From an uncultured Candidatus Saccharibacteria bacterium (GTDB lineage: Bacteria > Patescibacteriota > Minisyncoccia > Sungbacterales > JACQCQ01), in contig CAZBTX010000002.1 of NCBI GenBank assembly GCA_964494945.1, forward strand, positions 38,696 through 102,695: 64,000 nucleotides of DNA, read 5' to 3'. Numbering within the stretch: position 1 is the stretch's first letter; each line of letters opens with the position of its first letter. The position numbers were made by a program, and so were the translations under genes. The notes beneath the pieces were generated by a model. The model was not told the DNA's origin. It made no database searches and was given only the letters and a program-made list of their open reading frames with translations. Positions 56,268-64,000 of the stretch are shown here, piece by piece.

Positions 56268-57649
56268 ATATCTTTTTTCTTTTTCAACACCGCTTGGTTT
56301 TCTTGGTCGGCCCTAGGTTGGTAATATTTCCTCCCGCGCAATTTCTCCGGCAAATGTTCCTGCGAAACTTTAGCATCCAAAAAATCATGGGCATATTTAT
56401 ATCCTTTGTGATATCCCAGATCTTTCATGAGCTTAGTTACCGCATTCCTTAAATGTAGCGGGACGGGCAAAGCGCCGTGTTCTTTTGCGTCAGACAACGC
56501 GGCCAAAAGTCCAGTATACGAAGCGTTGGACTTCGGCGCCAAAGCCAGATAGGTCGCGCCGTGCGCTAAGTTGATCATGGCTTCCGGCATCCCCACATGC
56601 TCCACGGCTTCTGCTACAGCAATAGCTACCACTAATGCCGTTGGCAGGGCGTTTGAAATATCTTCCGAGGCAAAAATTATCATGCGGCGCGCAATGAATC
56701 TCGGGTTTTCTCCCGCCTCCACCATGCGCGCGAGCCAATACAAAGCCCCGTCCGGATCCGAATCGCGCATGGATTTGATGAAGGCCGAGATGACGTTATA
56801 ATGCTCCTCGCCTTTTTTGTCGTATCTTATGGCTTTTTTCTGGAGGGCATCCTCCACCATCTTTTTTGTAATCTTTATACTCTTAGCGGCATCTTTGCTC
56901 ACCGTCTTATTCTCTAATTCGCGCGAATTAGAGAATGCGGTATTCGGGGTGGAGAGAACAATAAATTCCAGCGCATTCAGCGCCACTCTAGCATCTCCGT
57001 CGGCAAATCCAATCACAGCGTGCTTGGCGTCCTCGTCCAACTTGGCCTTGCGCGTTCCTAATCCACGCGCCAAGTCGGAAAGTGCTCTATCAATAATATT
57101 TTCAAGCGCATCATCAGTAAGCGGTTCTAAAACCAAAACCATGGAACGGGAAAGTAGAGGCGAGTTAAGTTCAAAAGAAGGATTTTCGGTGGTGGCACCG
57201 ATTAAAATAATCGTGCCGTTTTCCACGTAAGGCAAAAAGGTGTCCTGCTGGGCTTTGTTGAAGCGGTGGATCTCGTCAACGAATAAAATGGTTTTGCGTT
57301 TTTCAAACTTCAGTCGCCTTTTGGCGTCTTCAATCAGTTTGCGCAGCTCCGGGACGCCGGAAGTGGCCGCCGAAAACGGCTGAAAAAATCCTTTGGTCTT
57401 TTCCGCGATGATGCGCGCCAGCGTAGTTTTGCCGGTTCCCGGCGGACCCCACAAAATCACCGACCGCAACTCGTCTTTTTCAATGGCTGTTCGCAAGGGC
57501 TTCCCCTTCCCCACAATCTCATCCTGCCCGTGAAAATCGCCGAAATCCCGCGGCCGCATGCGCTCGGCCAACGGCTCCATGCCTTTTATATTTTCTTCAA
57601 ATAAGTCAGTCACAGTGAAACTATTATACTCCCGCCGTCCCGAAGGCAT
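56258..57649 (-). CDS. rarA: replication-associated recombination protein A (AAA+ ATPase) carrying in-frame palindromic insertion
   Basis: GPPGTGKTT Walker A and MgsA_C region. An FSNSRELEN insert is encoded by the 28-bp palindrome. Confidence 0.75.
   Translation of the reverse strand: MPSGRREYNSFTVTDLFEENIKGMEPLAERMRPRDFGDFHGQDEIVGKGKPLRTAIEKDELRSVILWGPPGTGKTTLARIIAEKTKGFFQPFSAATSGVPELRKLIEDAKRRLKFEKRKTILFVDEIHRFNKAQQDTFLPYVENGTIILIGATTENPSFELNSPLLSRSMVLVLEPLTDDALENIIDRALSDLARGLGTRKAKLDEDAKHAVIGFADGDARVALNALEFIVLSTPNTAFSNSRELENKTVSKDAAKSIKITKKMVEDALQKKAIRYDKKGEEHYNVISAFIKSMRDSDPDGALYWLARMVEAGENPRFIARRMIIFASEDISNALPTALVVAIAVAEAVEHVGMPEAMINLAHGATYLALAPKSNASYTGLLAALSDAKEHGALPVPLHLRNAVTKLMKDLGYHKGYKYAHDFLDAKVSQEHLPEKLRGRKYYQPRADQENQAVLKKKKDIKK
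56909..56936. repeat. 28-bp perfect palindromic element inside rarA
   Basis: attctctaattcgcgcgaattagagaat. Confidence 0.85.
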
Positions 57650-57726
57650 ATCAGGTAGTAGAAATTCGAACAAGCAACCACTTGTTCGCCGTAAGCTAAC
57701 ACTCGGATTTTCACTACCCGGCATAT
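57647..57726. mobile_element. MITE-like element abutting rarA start codon
   Basis: TIRs catatcaggtagtagaaattcgaac and ctcggattttcactacccggcatat around an inner gaacaag/cttgttc hairpin. Confidence 0.55.
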
Positions 57727-57872
57727 TACCTTAAAATCTTGACTTTTTCATACTTTATGATAAGTTATTGTCGTCCTTTAACTGGCTGGCGTGGACGGGC
57801 CAATCTACCACGCAAAACCTTCTCCGCGCACTGCTCCGGTAACCAGCCCGGAGTACCGCAAAGGAGATACAA

Positions 57873-58409
57873 ATGACGACGCACCTTGAATGGGTCTTCA
57901 AGAACACCCTCGGCGGACAGGGGTACTTCGTGTATACCCCAGCCAACGCATGCGAGGACCTCCGTACTGGGGAGGCCAATGCCGTGCTGTTCAAGCTGGA
58001 CCTTAGCGACACGGCACGCTACTCCTGGAAGGATCACCCGCTCTTGCTGGAGATCGAAAAGATCCAGCGGGGCGAGATTCCTCTCTTCAGAGCCAACGTC
58101 CTAGAAATCTCCGATTGGGACGAGCTGAACAGCGCTTTTCAACTGGAGCGCGGTTGGGGTTACATCGACCTCCTCGACGGATCGGTAGCTGAGTTCATTG
58201 CGGCCGAGTTCGATGTCGGACAGAAAAAGAATGGGGAATGGACGAGTTGGAGATTCGGGAAGATCGTGGCGGTGAGGCAGAGATTCCGGCTCGACCGAAT
58301 CGCACGGATCGCCCACCTCGTCGAGGAATATCTCCATCAAGTAAGAAAGACAGAGCCGGCGAAGATCATTCGCATTGCCAACTTTCTCGAGCTCGACGCT
58401 GTAAGGTAG
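57873..58409 (+). CDS. hypothetical protein (GC-rich island)
   Basis: AAGGAG Shine-Dalgarno 6 nt upstream. Confidence 0.45.
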   Translation: MTTHLEWVFKNTLGGQGYFVYTPANACEDLRTGEANAVLFKLDLSDTARYSWKDHPLLLEIEKIQRGEIPLFRANVLEISDWDELNSAFQLERGWGYIDLLDGSVAEFIAAEFDVGQKKNGEWTSWRFGKIVAVRQRFRLDRIARIAHLVEEYLHQVRKTEPAKIIRIANFLELDAVR

Positions 58410-58580
58410 GAGTATGCGGGTGAGGCGAGCGGTCCACCGTCTCGATAAGCTCGGGGCAAGCAAACGCTCGCAACAGCCGGGGATACCCCTCGGCTGTTTC
58501 TTTTTATATTTTCTTTCTATATTTCCATCAGCGCCAGTTGCCGCGGCACCCGCACATAAGTATTTCAAGTATTTCGGTAT

Positions 58581-58626
58581 GCTCCCTACTCTATCTTATG
58601 CTATAGCATAAGATAGAGTAGGGAGC
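58581..58626. repeat. 46-bp perfect palindrome with ATGCTATAGCAT core
   Basis: gctccctactctatcttatgctatagcataagatagagtagggagc, between convergent genes. Confidence 0.8.
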
Positions 58627-58727
58627 TAAGTACGCAACGAAACAGAAACATGTAAACGAGTATAGAAATATAGAAACGAGCCGGGAGAGTAAGAGAAATG
58701 AAAAACTGCCCCAAATGGGGCGGTTTT

Positions 58728-58982
58728 TCAGTTAAATCTGTCTTCCTTCGCGTGTCTTGAAACTTCTTCGGCAAGCATTTTGACTTTCTCCTCGTCCATT
58801 TCCTTCATCTTCTTCCAGAGGTTGGAGCAGTGATCGCAACCCTCGGCGTTCTTAATGTAATCATCGTAGCGGTAAAGCGAAGACGAATCCTCACTTAACT
58901 GCTTTACGAGGTCGTGATTGTGGTCTTTTAGCATTTTTCTTTTCTTTTTTAACCGGCTCTTTGGAGACAACCGGCGTTTCAT
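58728..58982 (-). CDS. small hypothetical protein (CxxC), overlaps upstream ORF in another frame
   Basis: ORF only. An internal Met at 58934 follows an A-rich run. Confidence 0.3.
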   Translation of the reverse strand: MKRRLSPKSRLKKKRKMLKDHNHDLVKQLSEDSSSLYRYDDYIKNAEGCDHCSNLWKKMKEMDEEKVKMLAEEVSRHAKEDRFN

Positions 58983-59217
58983 TTTTGATTTCGACCTTTG
59001 GCGCGACTTTTTGTTTTACCACCACGCCAGAATTTAAACCGCCGTCAACCGGTGCTTCACGCAGCCGGGATTTGGTGTGGGGGTTAAAAAATTTCTCTAT
59101 TAAAAGTTTTATCTTCTCTCTGGCTTCCGGAGTATCGTTAAATTGACGGCGGATAGCCGCTTTTTCCTGCCTGATATGCCGTCTAAGACCCTTGGAAAGT
59201 CGCGCAAATTCAACCAT
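58891..59217 (-). CDS. small basic hypothetical protein
   Basis: ORF only. The Lys-rich C-terminus ends in an A-run shared with the next ORF. Confidence 0.35.
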   Translation of the reverse strand: MVEFARLSKGLRRHIRQEKAAIRRQFNDTPEAREKIKLLIEKFFNPHTKSRLREAPVDGGLNSGVVVKQKVAPKVEIKNETPVVSKEPVKKEKKNAKRPQSRPRKAVK

Positions 59218-59265
59218 AACCTAAAGAGCATAACAGGTAGCAGAAATTCTAACAAGTAACTACCA

Positions 59266-59303
59266 GCGTACCCCCTCCCACTACGATACTCTAGAGTATC
59301 GTA
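59266..59303. repeat. 38-bp perfect palindrome (TCTAGA core)
   Basis: cctcccactacgatactctagagtatcgtagtgggagg. Confidence 0.8.
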
Positions 59304-59314
59304 GTGGGAGGAAT

Positions 59315-60250
59315 TTACGAACGCGAAAGGGCTTTACGTTTTTCTATGGCGGCCAGCAGTGCCTCGCGAATGCCGTCAGTTGAATATCCATAGGTCGGAT
59401 AGCCGCCGATCTGTGCCGAACCCTCCGCTGGTTTTTTAGGATCTATATAAGTATCGTGAAAATCAGTACCGGCGGTTTTTAGTATCTTATATTTCTCCGA
59501 TAGTGTTATCAAGAATTCCGTGCCATCCTCATCAGCATTTGAAAAAACTTCAATGCCATCTAGTCCTTGCTCCAAAAACTTGCCAAGAGTTTCTTCAACT
59601 AATTTATATAATTGATTTTTATCTTTTATAACCATGCCCATGGGTATAAGCGGATGCGACCAAATCGCGACACCCCCCGCTTCGTGTATTACTTCGGCCG
59701 CTTCTTCGGGTGTTAGCGAACTATGAGATACAAAAACACTCTTCGGGGCCTCATCCGCTAAATAAGCGTTGAAAAGATCCTGCCGAGTTACGATGTTTTC
59801 TGTTCGCAGTTTCTCTACATTCGCGGGATTTTCCATGATTTCCTCCGCGACATGTACACGGCTTATGACTCCCTTAGCTCTTTTATTCACCGCCTCAAAT
59901 TCCACCGCGAAACCATAACGCTTCAGATTTTCTATGCCGTTTTGGGCGCGCGTTTCCCGCGCACGCTTAAAATCTCCTAGTATTTGTAAAAGGCGCTGAT
60001 GGCTACAATCAATCCCAAACCCCAGAATATGAATTCCCCATTTTTCATACTCACACGAAAGTTCAATCCCCGGTATCACCTCCATACCAAGTTCCTTCCC
60101 GGCCTCCAATGCTTCATTAATGCCGCCAACCGTGTCGTGGTCGGTGATGGCTATGCTTAAAACGTCGTTCTCTTTCGCCATTTTCACGCATTCCCGCGGA
60201 GAAAACTTGCCATCGGAAGCGGTAGTTTGAATTTGATAATCAATTACCAT
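59315..60250 (-). CDS. PHP-domain phosphoesterase
   Basis: N-terminal ITDHDTVGG motif. Confidence 0.6.
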   Translation of the reverse strand: MVIDYQIQTTASDGKFSPRECVKMAKENDVLSIAITDHDTVGGINEALEAGKELGMEVIPGIELSCEYEKWGIHILGFGIDCSHQRLLQILGDFKRARETRAQNGIENLKRYGFAVEFEAVNKRAKGVISRVHVAEEIMENPANVEKLRTENIVTRQDLFNAYLADEAPKSVFVSHSSLTPEEAAEVIHEAGGVAIWSHPLIPMGMVIKDKNQLYKLVEETLGKFLEQGLDGIEVFSNADEDGTEFLITLSEKYKILKTAGTDFHDTYIDPKKPAEGSAQIGGYPTYGYSTDGIREALLAAIEKRKALSRS

Positions 60251-60343
60251 GGTTCTTAGTTTCTAGTTTTAATTTACAGTTGTTAGTTTCTTGTTTTAGT
60301 ACAGAAAACTAAAACCAAAAACTAAGAACCAAGAACTGAGCCG

Positions 60344-60763
60344 TTAGACAAACTCTGGCACAAACTCGGCTTCCCAGTGATGCAACTTAGTTCGCTGAAT
60401 TCCGCTACCCACAAGCGCCACGGCGTGAATCTCTTCTTCTACATGGTCAATATGCTTCCCTATAAGTTCGCATTCAATTTCTTTGTCGGAAAAATGAATA
60501 ATATCCATCGCGGAAAATACCGCATTATGCATCTCATTCTCAAATATCACGTTATCCAAGAATTCCCCCAGAAGATCTGAAAGATTCTTGCCATGTGTGT
60601 GCGCCCTAACTCTTACCGTCTTTCGATTTTCCGGTGCGACATCAGGCCGCAGAAGCGCCGCCAAGCCCAAAAGAGCGTTGCCAAAAAGTTCGCGTTCCGA
60701 TGAACCCCAGACCCTAACGCGGGTAACGCCGTCTTTACCAAAAATATCGTATTTCAACTGCAT
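60344..60763 (-). CDS. archease-like protein (tentative)
   Basis: About 140 aa with an archease-like pattern. Confidence 0.35.
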   Translation of the reverse strand: MQLKYDIFGKDGVTRVRVWGSSERELFGNALLGLAALLRPDVAPENRKTVRVRAHTHGKNLSDLLGEFLDNVIFENEMHNAVFSAMDIIHFSDKEIECELIGKHIDHVEEEIHAVALVGSGIQRTKLHHWEAEFVPEFV

Positions 60764-60765
60764 CG

Positions 60766-61740
60766 TTATTCTATAATAACGTTTCCCCTTCCTTTGGCTA
60801 TATACCCTATCTCAAAAACTCTTTCCTTATTTATAAGTAGCTTCTTGATTGTGGCTAACGACTTTCCCGGCACAATTAGCACAAAACCGATGCCCATATT
60901 AAAAGTCCGGAACATTTCTCTCCCGGAAATACCGGATTTCTTTTGGATTTCAAAAAAGATCTTCGGCACAAGCCAGGAATCTTTGTTGATAATCGCATCT
61001 ACCCGAGACGGCAATATTCTATGAAGATTGTCGTAAAGTCCGCCGCCTGTAATATGAGCCGCGCCGTGGAGAATACATCTTTTCATAACCGGCAAGATGC
61101 TTCTTACATAAATCCTTGTAGGCCGAAGTAAATCTCTACTGGGTTTTAAAATTTTATTTACCAAACTAAAGCCATTTGAGTGAAGTCCTGAAGAAGTAAA
61201 TCCCAAAATTATATCTCCGCTTCGTATTTTACTCCCATCAATGATTTTCTCTTTTTCTACTACGCCAACAGCAAAACCGGCTAGCCCCATACGGTTTCCG
61301 CCATAGACATCTGGCATTTCTGCAGTTTCGCCCCCCACAAGAGCACATCCCGCCAATTTGCATCCTCTCGTCATACCGCGAATAAGCGTGAACAAAAATT
61401 GCTTTTGACCAAGCCCTAATCCCACATAGTCAAGAAAAAAGAGTGGTTCCGCGCCCATTGCGAGAATATCGTTAACATTCATGGCCACCAAATCAACGCC
61501 GATGGACTTAAGGTTTTTCAGCCGAATCGCCATATCAAGTTTAGTACCAACGCCATCAGCACTAGAAACTAATATGGGATTTTTATATCTTTTTAAACTA
61601 AAAAGGGCGCCGAAGGGCCCAATGTCGTCTAGAACTTCTGCTCGTCTGGTACTCTTAACCAATTTTTTGATACGAGAAATAATTGAGTTCGCAAATCTCA
61701 AATCTACTCCTGATTGTTTATAGCCCAATCTTTTCATCAA
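60766..61740 (-). CDS. purM: phosphoribosylformylglycinamidine cyclo-ligase (AIR synthetase)
   Basis: N-terminus YKQSGVDL, SADGVGTKL, and the PurM C-domain. Confidence 0.7.
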   Translation of the reverse strand: MMKRLGYKQSGVDLRFANSIISRIKKLVKSTRRAEVLDDIGPFGALFSLKRYKNPILVSSADGVGTKLDMAIRLKNLKSIGVDLVAMNVNDILAMGAEPLFFLDYVGLGLGQKQFLFTLIRGMTRGCKLAGCALVGGETAEMPDVYGGNRMGLAGFAVGVVEKEKIIDGSKIRSGDIILGFTSSGLHSNGFSLVNKILKPSRDLLRPTRIYVRSILPVMKRCILHGAAHITGGGLYDNLHRILPSRVDAIINKDSWLVPKIFFEIQKKSGISGREMFRTFNMGIGFVLIVPGKSLATIKKLLINKERVFEIGYIAKGRGNVIIE

Positions 61741-63040
61741 ATAAGGTTTTGAGTTCTTCTATTACTACATTCCTATCATCCCACGGAATTTTTTTGCCGC
61801 CAGCAACCGCGATTGCCGACTCCGAACCCTTGCCCGTAATTATAACTACATCTCCGGCCCTAGCTGATGAAAGTGCTTCCCGAATAGCAAGCCGTCGGTC
61901 TTCAATTATTTTAGACCGGCCGCCGCTCGCCTCAACTCCGCGTCTGACATCTTCCATTATAGAACGCGGGTCTTCGTTATAAGGGTCTTCATCCGTAATG
62001 ATAACTTTAAAGCAATACTCGCCGGCAATTTTACCCAGTTCCGGCCGTTTCCATTTGTCCCTGCCTCCGCCCGTCGCTCCTAAAACACAGATCAGCTTTT
62101 TTGCACCGCCACTTAAAGTTTTATAAACCTGTCTCAAAGCATTGGGCGTGAAAGCGTAATCCACCACAACCGAAAAATCTTTGGCCTTGATTTCCTCCAT
62201 TCTCCCCGGAACACCGCGAAAATCCGCGAATGCCTTTCTTATTGATTCATGCGAGATGCCAAAGGCCTCGGCAACCGCAATGGCGGCAAGCATATTCTCG
62301 GCATTAAAGAGGCCTTTAAGTGGTGAAGCGACTTCCCATCCCTCCGAAAAATACAAATGAATACCGTTATCCCCAACCTCGTATTTTGACGGCCAGAGAA
62401 CCTTAGATAATTTAGACCCGGCGCCCACACGATAATTCAGCATATAACCGATTTTTTGCTTGGCCTTGAACGAAAGAAAATAATCGGCGTTTTGATCTCC
62501 TAAATTGACAACCGCAACCCCCTGCCCGCCAAGCCCTTTGAATAACTTGCCTTTAGCGCGCTTGTAATTTTCAAATCCGCCGTGCGCTTCCAGATGCTCC
62601 GGCGTTAGATTGGTCAATACTGCTGCGGCAAAAGGAATATATTTGTGCCGAAATTGTTTAATACCTTCTGATGTCACTTCCAGTATCACGTGTGTGACTC
62701 CGGATTTTTTAGCGTCTGACAAGAACTTTTGCACAAAGAATCTCCCCGGCATTGTCATTTTGAATTTGTTCTCAACTTCCTTGTCGCCAATTTTAAACCT
62801 TATAGAAGATAAAGAAGCAACTTTTTTGCCATCCGCCTCAAAAATACGGTGCAGCATTTCCACTACCGTGGATTTGCCGTTGGTGCCGGTAACGCCGATG
62901 ACGATAAGCCCGCGTGCCGGGAAGCCGTAAATAATAGCCCCAGCGGTGGCCAACAACCAGTGATAAGCCGGCTGGAAAAAGCGAAAAATGGGTTTGGGTA
63001 TTACATATTCTCGAAAGAAATAGAAAATCCGGTCTAGCAT
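61718..63040 (-). CDS. murE: Mur ligase family protein (MurE-like)
   Basis: GVTGTNGKST P-loop, with Mur ligase middle and C domains. The start is probably MLDRIFYF at 63040. Confidence 0.55.
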   Translation of the reverse strand: MLDRIFYFFREYVIPKPIFRFFQPAYHWLLATAGAIIYGFPARGLIVIGVTGTNGKSTVVEMLHRIFEADGKKVASLSSIRFKIGDKEVENKFKMTMPGRFFVQKFLSDAKKSGVTHVILEVTSEGIKQFRHKYIPFAAAVLTNLTPEHLEAHGGFENYKRAKGKLFKGLGGQGVAVVNLGDQNADYFLSFKAKQKIGYMLNYRVGAGSKLSKVLWPSKYEVGDNGIHLYFSEGWEVASPLKGLFNAENMLAAIAVAEAFGISHESIRKAFADFRGVPGRMEEIKAKDFSVVVDYAFTPNALRQVYKTLSGGAKKLICVLGATGGGRDKWKRPELGKIAGEYCFKVIITDEDPYNEDPRSIMEDVRRGVEASGGRSKIIEDRRLAIREALSSARAGDVVIITGKGSESAIAVAGGKKIPWDDRNVVIEELKTLFDEKIGL

Positions 63041-63047
63041 AAAGCGA

Positions 63048-63932
63048 CTATACCACCTTGCGGGCGAGTTGGTAGAGCGCGTACCAAATCGGCCGGAAAA
63101 CCACATCAAAAGCAAGAGGATGAGTCTTAGACGTTCCGCCGAATCCTTTTTTGAAACGGGAGATGCCGGGCCACTTAATTTCATCAATACCCCACAAGTC
63201 ATAGGTGGCGCATCCGCGCCTTCTGGCTTCCTGTATAATCCGCCAGTGCAGGAGATACGGCGCCATCACGTTTCGCAATTCGTAATTTGAAGCGCCGTGA
63301 AGGTAAGTAGCCGTTCCTTTGTAAAAATTCACCAGAGCCGCCGCCGCGACTTCTTTTTTGTAAACTGCAAAAAACAATCTATTCTCTAATTCGCGCGAAT
63401 TAGAGAATAATAAATGCTCGTAGTGCGATTTGGGATGCAAATGAAAGCCATCACGCTTGGCGGTTGCGGAAAGCAGCTTGTAAAACTCTTCAACCGCCTC
63501 CGTGCCGCGCTCTTCTACCGCCACCCCGTGCCGCTCGGCGACTCGTATGTTGTATCGCGTTTTTTCGTGCATACCGCGAAGCAGTTCATCATCGGATTTT
63601 GTCAGATCAATCAAAACCGTCTCCCGCGGCTGTAGATTCAGCGCCGGAGATACTTTCAAATTACTTGTCGCTTGTCGCTTGTCGCCTGTCGCCAATTCAT
63701 TTTCTGGCTCAACGCGAATAAAGATTGGACTATCGGGGAGCGCCCTTAATGCTTTGAAAAATCCCTCGACATTTTTAATTTCCGGCCGTGGGCAGTACCA
63801 ATAAAAAAATCCGAATGGCAAATTGTGTTTGAAGAAAACCGCCGATTCACTACCAAAGACGAGACGATGGGTCTCCCGCCCATCCAGTTTCTGAATTTCT
63901 TCCCATTCTTTGTACTGCAAAAATGATGGCAT
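63048..63932 (-). CDS. FemAB-family peptidoglycan bridge-formation protein carrying in-frame palindromic insertion
   Basis: YLHGASNYELRNVMAPYLLHW is FemAB-like. An FSNSRELEN insert is encoded by the 28-bp palindrome. Confidence 0.5.
   Translation of the reverse strand: MPSFLQYKEWEEIQKLDGRETHRLVFGSESAVFFKHNLPFGFFYWYCPRPEIKNVEGFFKALRALPDSPIFIRVEPENELATGDKRQATSNLKVSPALNLQPRETVLIDLTKSDDELLRGMHEKTRYNIRVAERHGVAVEERGTEAVEEFYKLLSATAKRDGFHLHPKSHYEHLLFSNSRELENRLFFAVYKKEVAAAALVNFYKGTATYLHGASNYELRNVMAPYLLHWRIIQEARRRGCATYDLWGIDEIKWPGISRFKKGFGGTSKTHPLAFDVVFRPIWYALYQLARKVV
63381..63408. repeat. 28-bp palindromic element inside FemAB-like gene
   Basis: attctctaattcgcgcgaattagagaat, identical to the rarA copy. 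Confidence 0.85.
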
Positions 63933-63942
63933 CCCTACCTAT

Positions 63943-63970
63943 CTTCTCTAATTCGCGCGAATTAGAGAAG
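63943..63970. repeat. intergenic copy of the palindromic element upstream of FemAB-like start
   Basis: cttctctaattcgcgcgaattagagaag. The 26-bp core is identical. Confidence 0.85.
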
Positions 63971-64000
63971 GTGAGTTATATACTTTACTGGCGGTTTTGG

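Noticed and set aside
1-64000. CRISPR array / cas operon
   Set aside because: No regularly spaced direct repeats were seen anywhere. The Cas2-like resemblance at 40471-41076 stands alone, without cas1 or an array.

Overview
This window looks like a fragment of a small, streamlined bacterial genome of Candidate Phyla Radiation / Patescibacteria type. That assignment is inference from gene content and style only. It is dense in mostly minus-strand housekeeping genes, including five aminoacyl-tRNA synthetases (leuS, metG, glyQS, ileS, argS), dprA-topA, rel, parB, folD, tsaC, tatD, recO, smpB-ssrA(tmRNA), infC-rpmI-rplT, znuCB, polX, udg, tgt, rarA, purM, a Mur ligase and a FemAB-like gene. Two tRNAs (Leu-CAA, Arg-CCG) and a tmRNA are detectable by hand folding. 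Single-gene islands that look GC-rich by eye interrupt the AT-richer backbone. Each island has a strong AGGAGG/AAGGAG Shine-Dalgarno and often its own hairpin terminator; they include a truncated pyrF and a PyrE-like phosphoribosyltransferase. The most unusual items follow. (1) The type-2 isoleucyl-tRNA synthetase carries an inserted histidine-phosphatase (PGAM-like, RHGE motif) domain. (2) A 28-bp perfect palindrome (ATTCTCTAATTCGCGCGAATTAGAGAAT) is inserted in-frame as FSNSRELEN into rarA and the FemAB-like gene, and occurs once more in an intergenic spacer. (3) A family of MITE-like intergenic elements with ~25-bp terminal inverted repeats (CATATCAGGTAGTAGAAATTCGAAC) sits exactly between a stop codon and the next ATG, and its terminal CAT coincides with the downstream start codon. 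(4) A membrane-anchored winged-helix protein with a Cas2/VapD-like C-terminal domain is flanked by long perfect palindromes sharing an ATGCTATAGCAT core. (5) A TrpR/YerC-like regulator is flanked by two TAGGACGTCCTA-core palindromes, one of them in front of a PAP2 phosphatase gene. (6) A four-helix-bundle (23S-IVS/Avd-like) gene is inserted between rpmI and rplT inside CTAG-rich repeats. (7) A heptanucleotide repeat (AAAATCA)n is expanded in-frame at three sites in leuS and in several spacers. (8) Partial tRNA-like fragments lie next to both tRNAs. No CRISPR array, rRNA or reverse transcriptase was seen. All calls come from reading the sequence and the ORF track by eye; no searches or computations were run.
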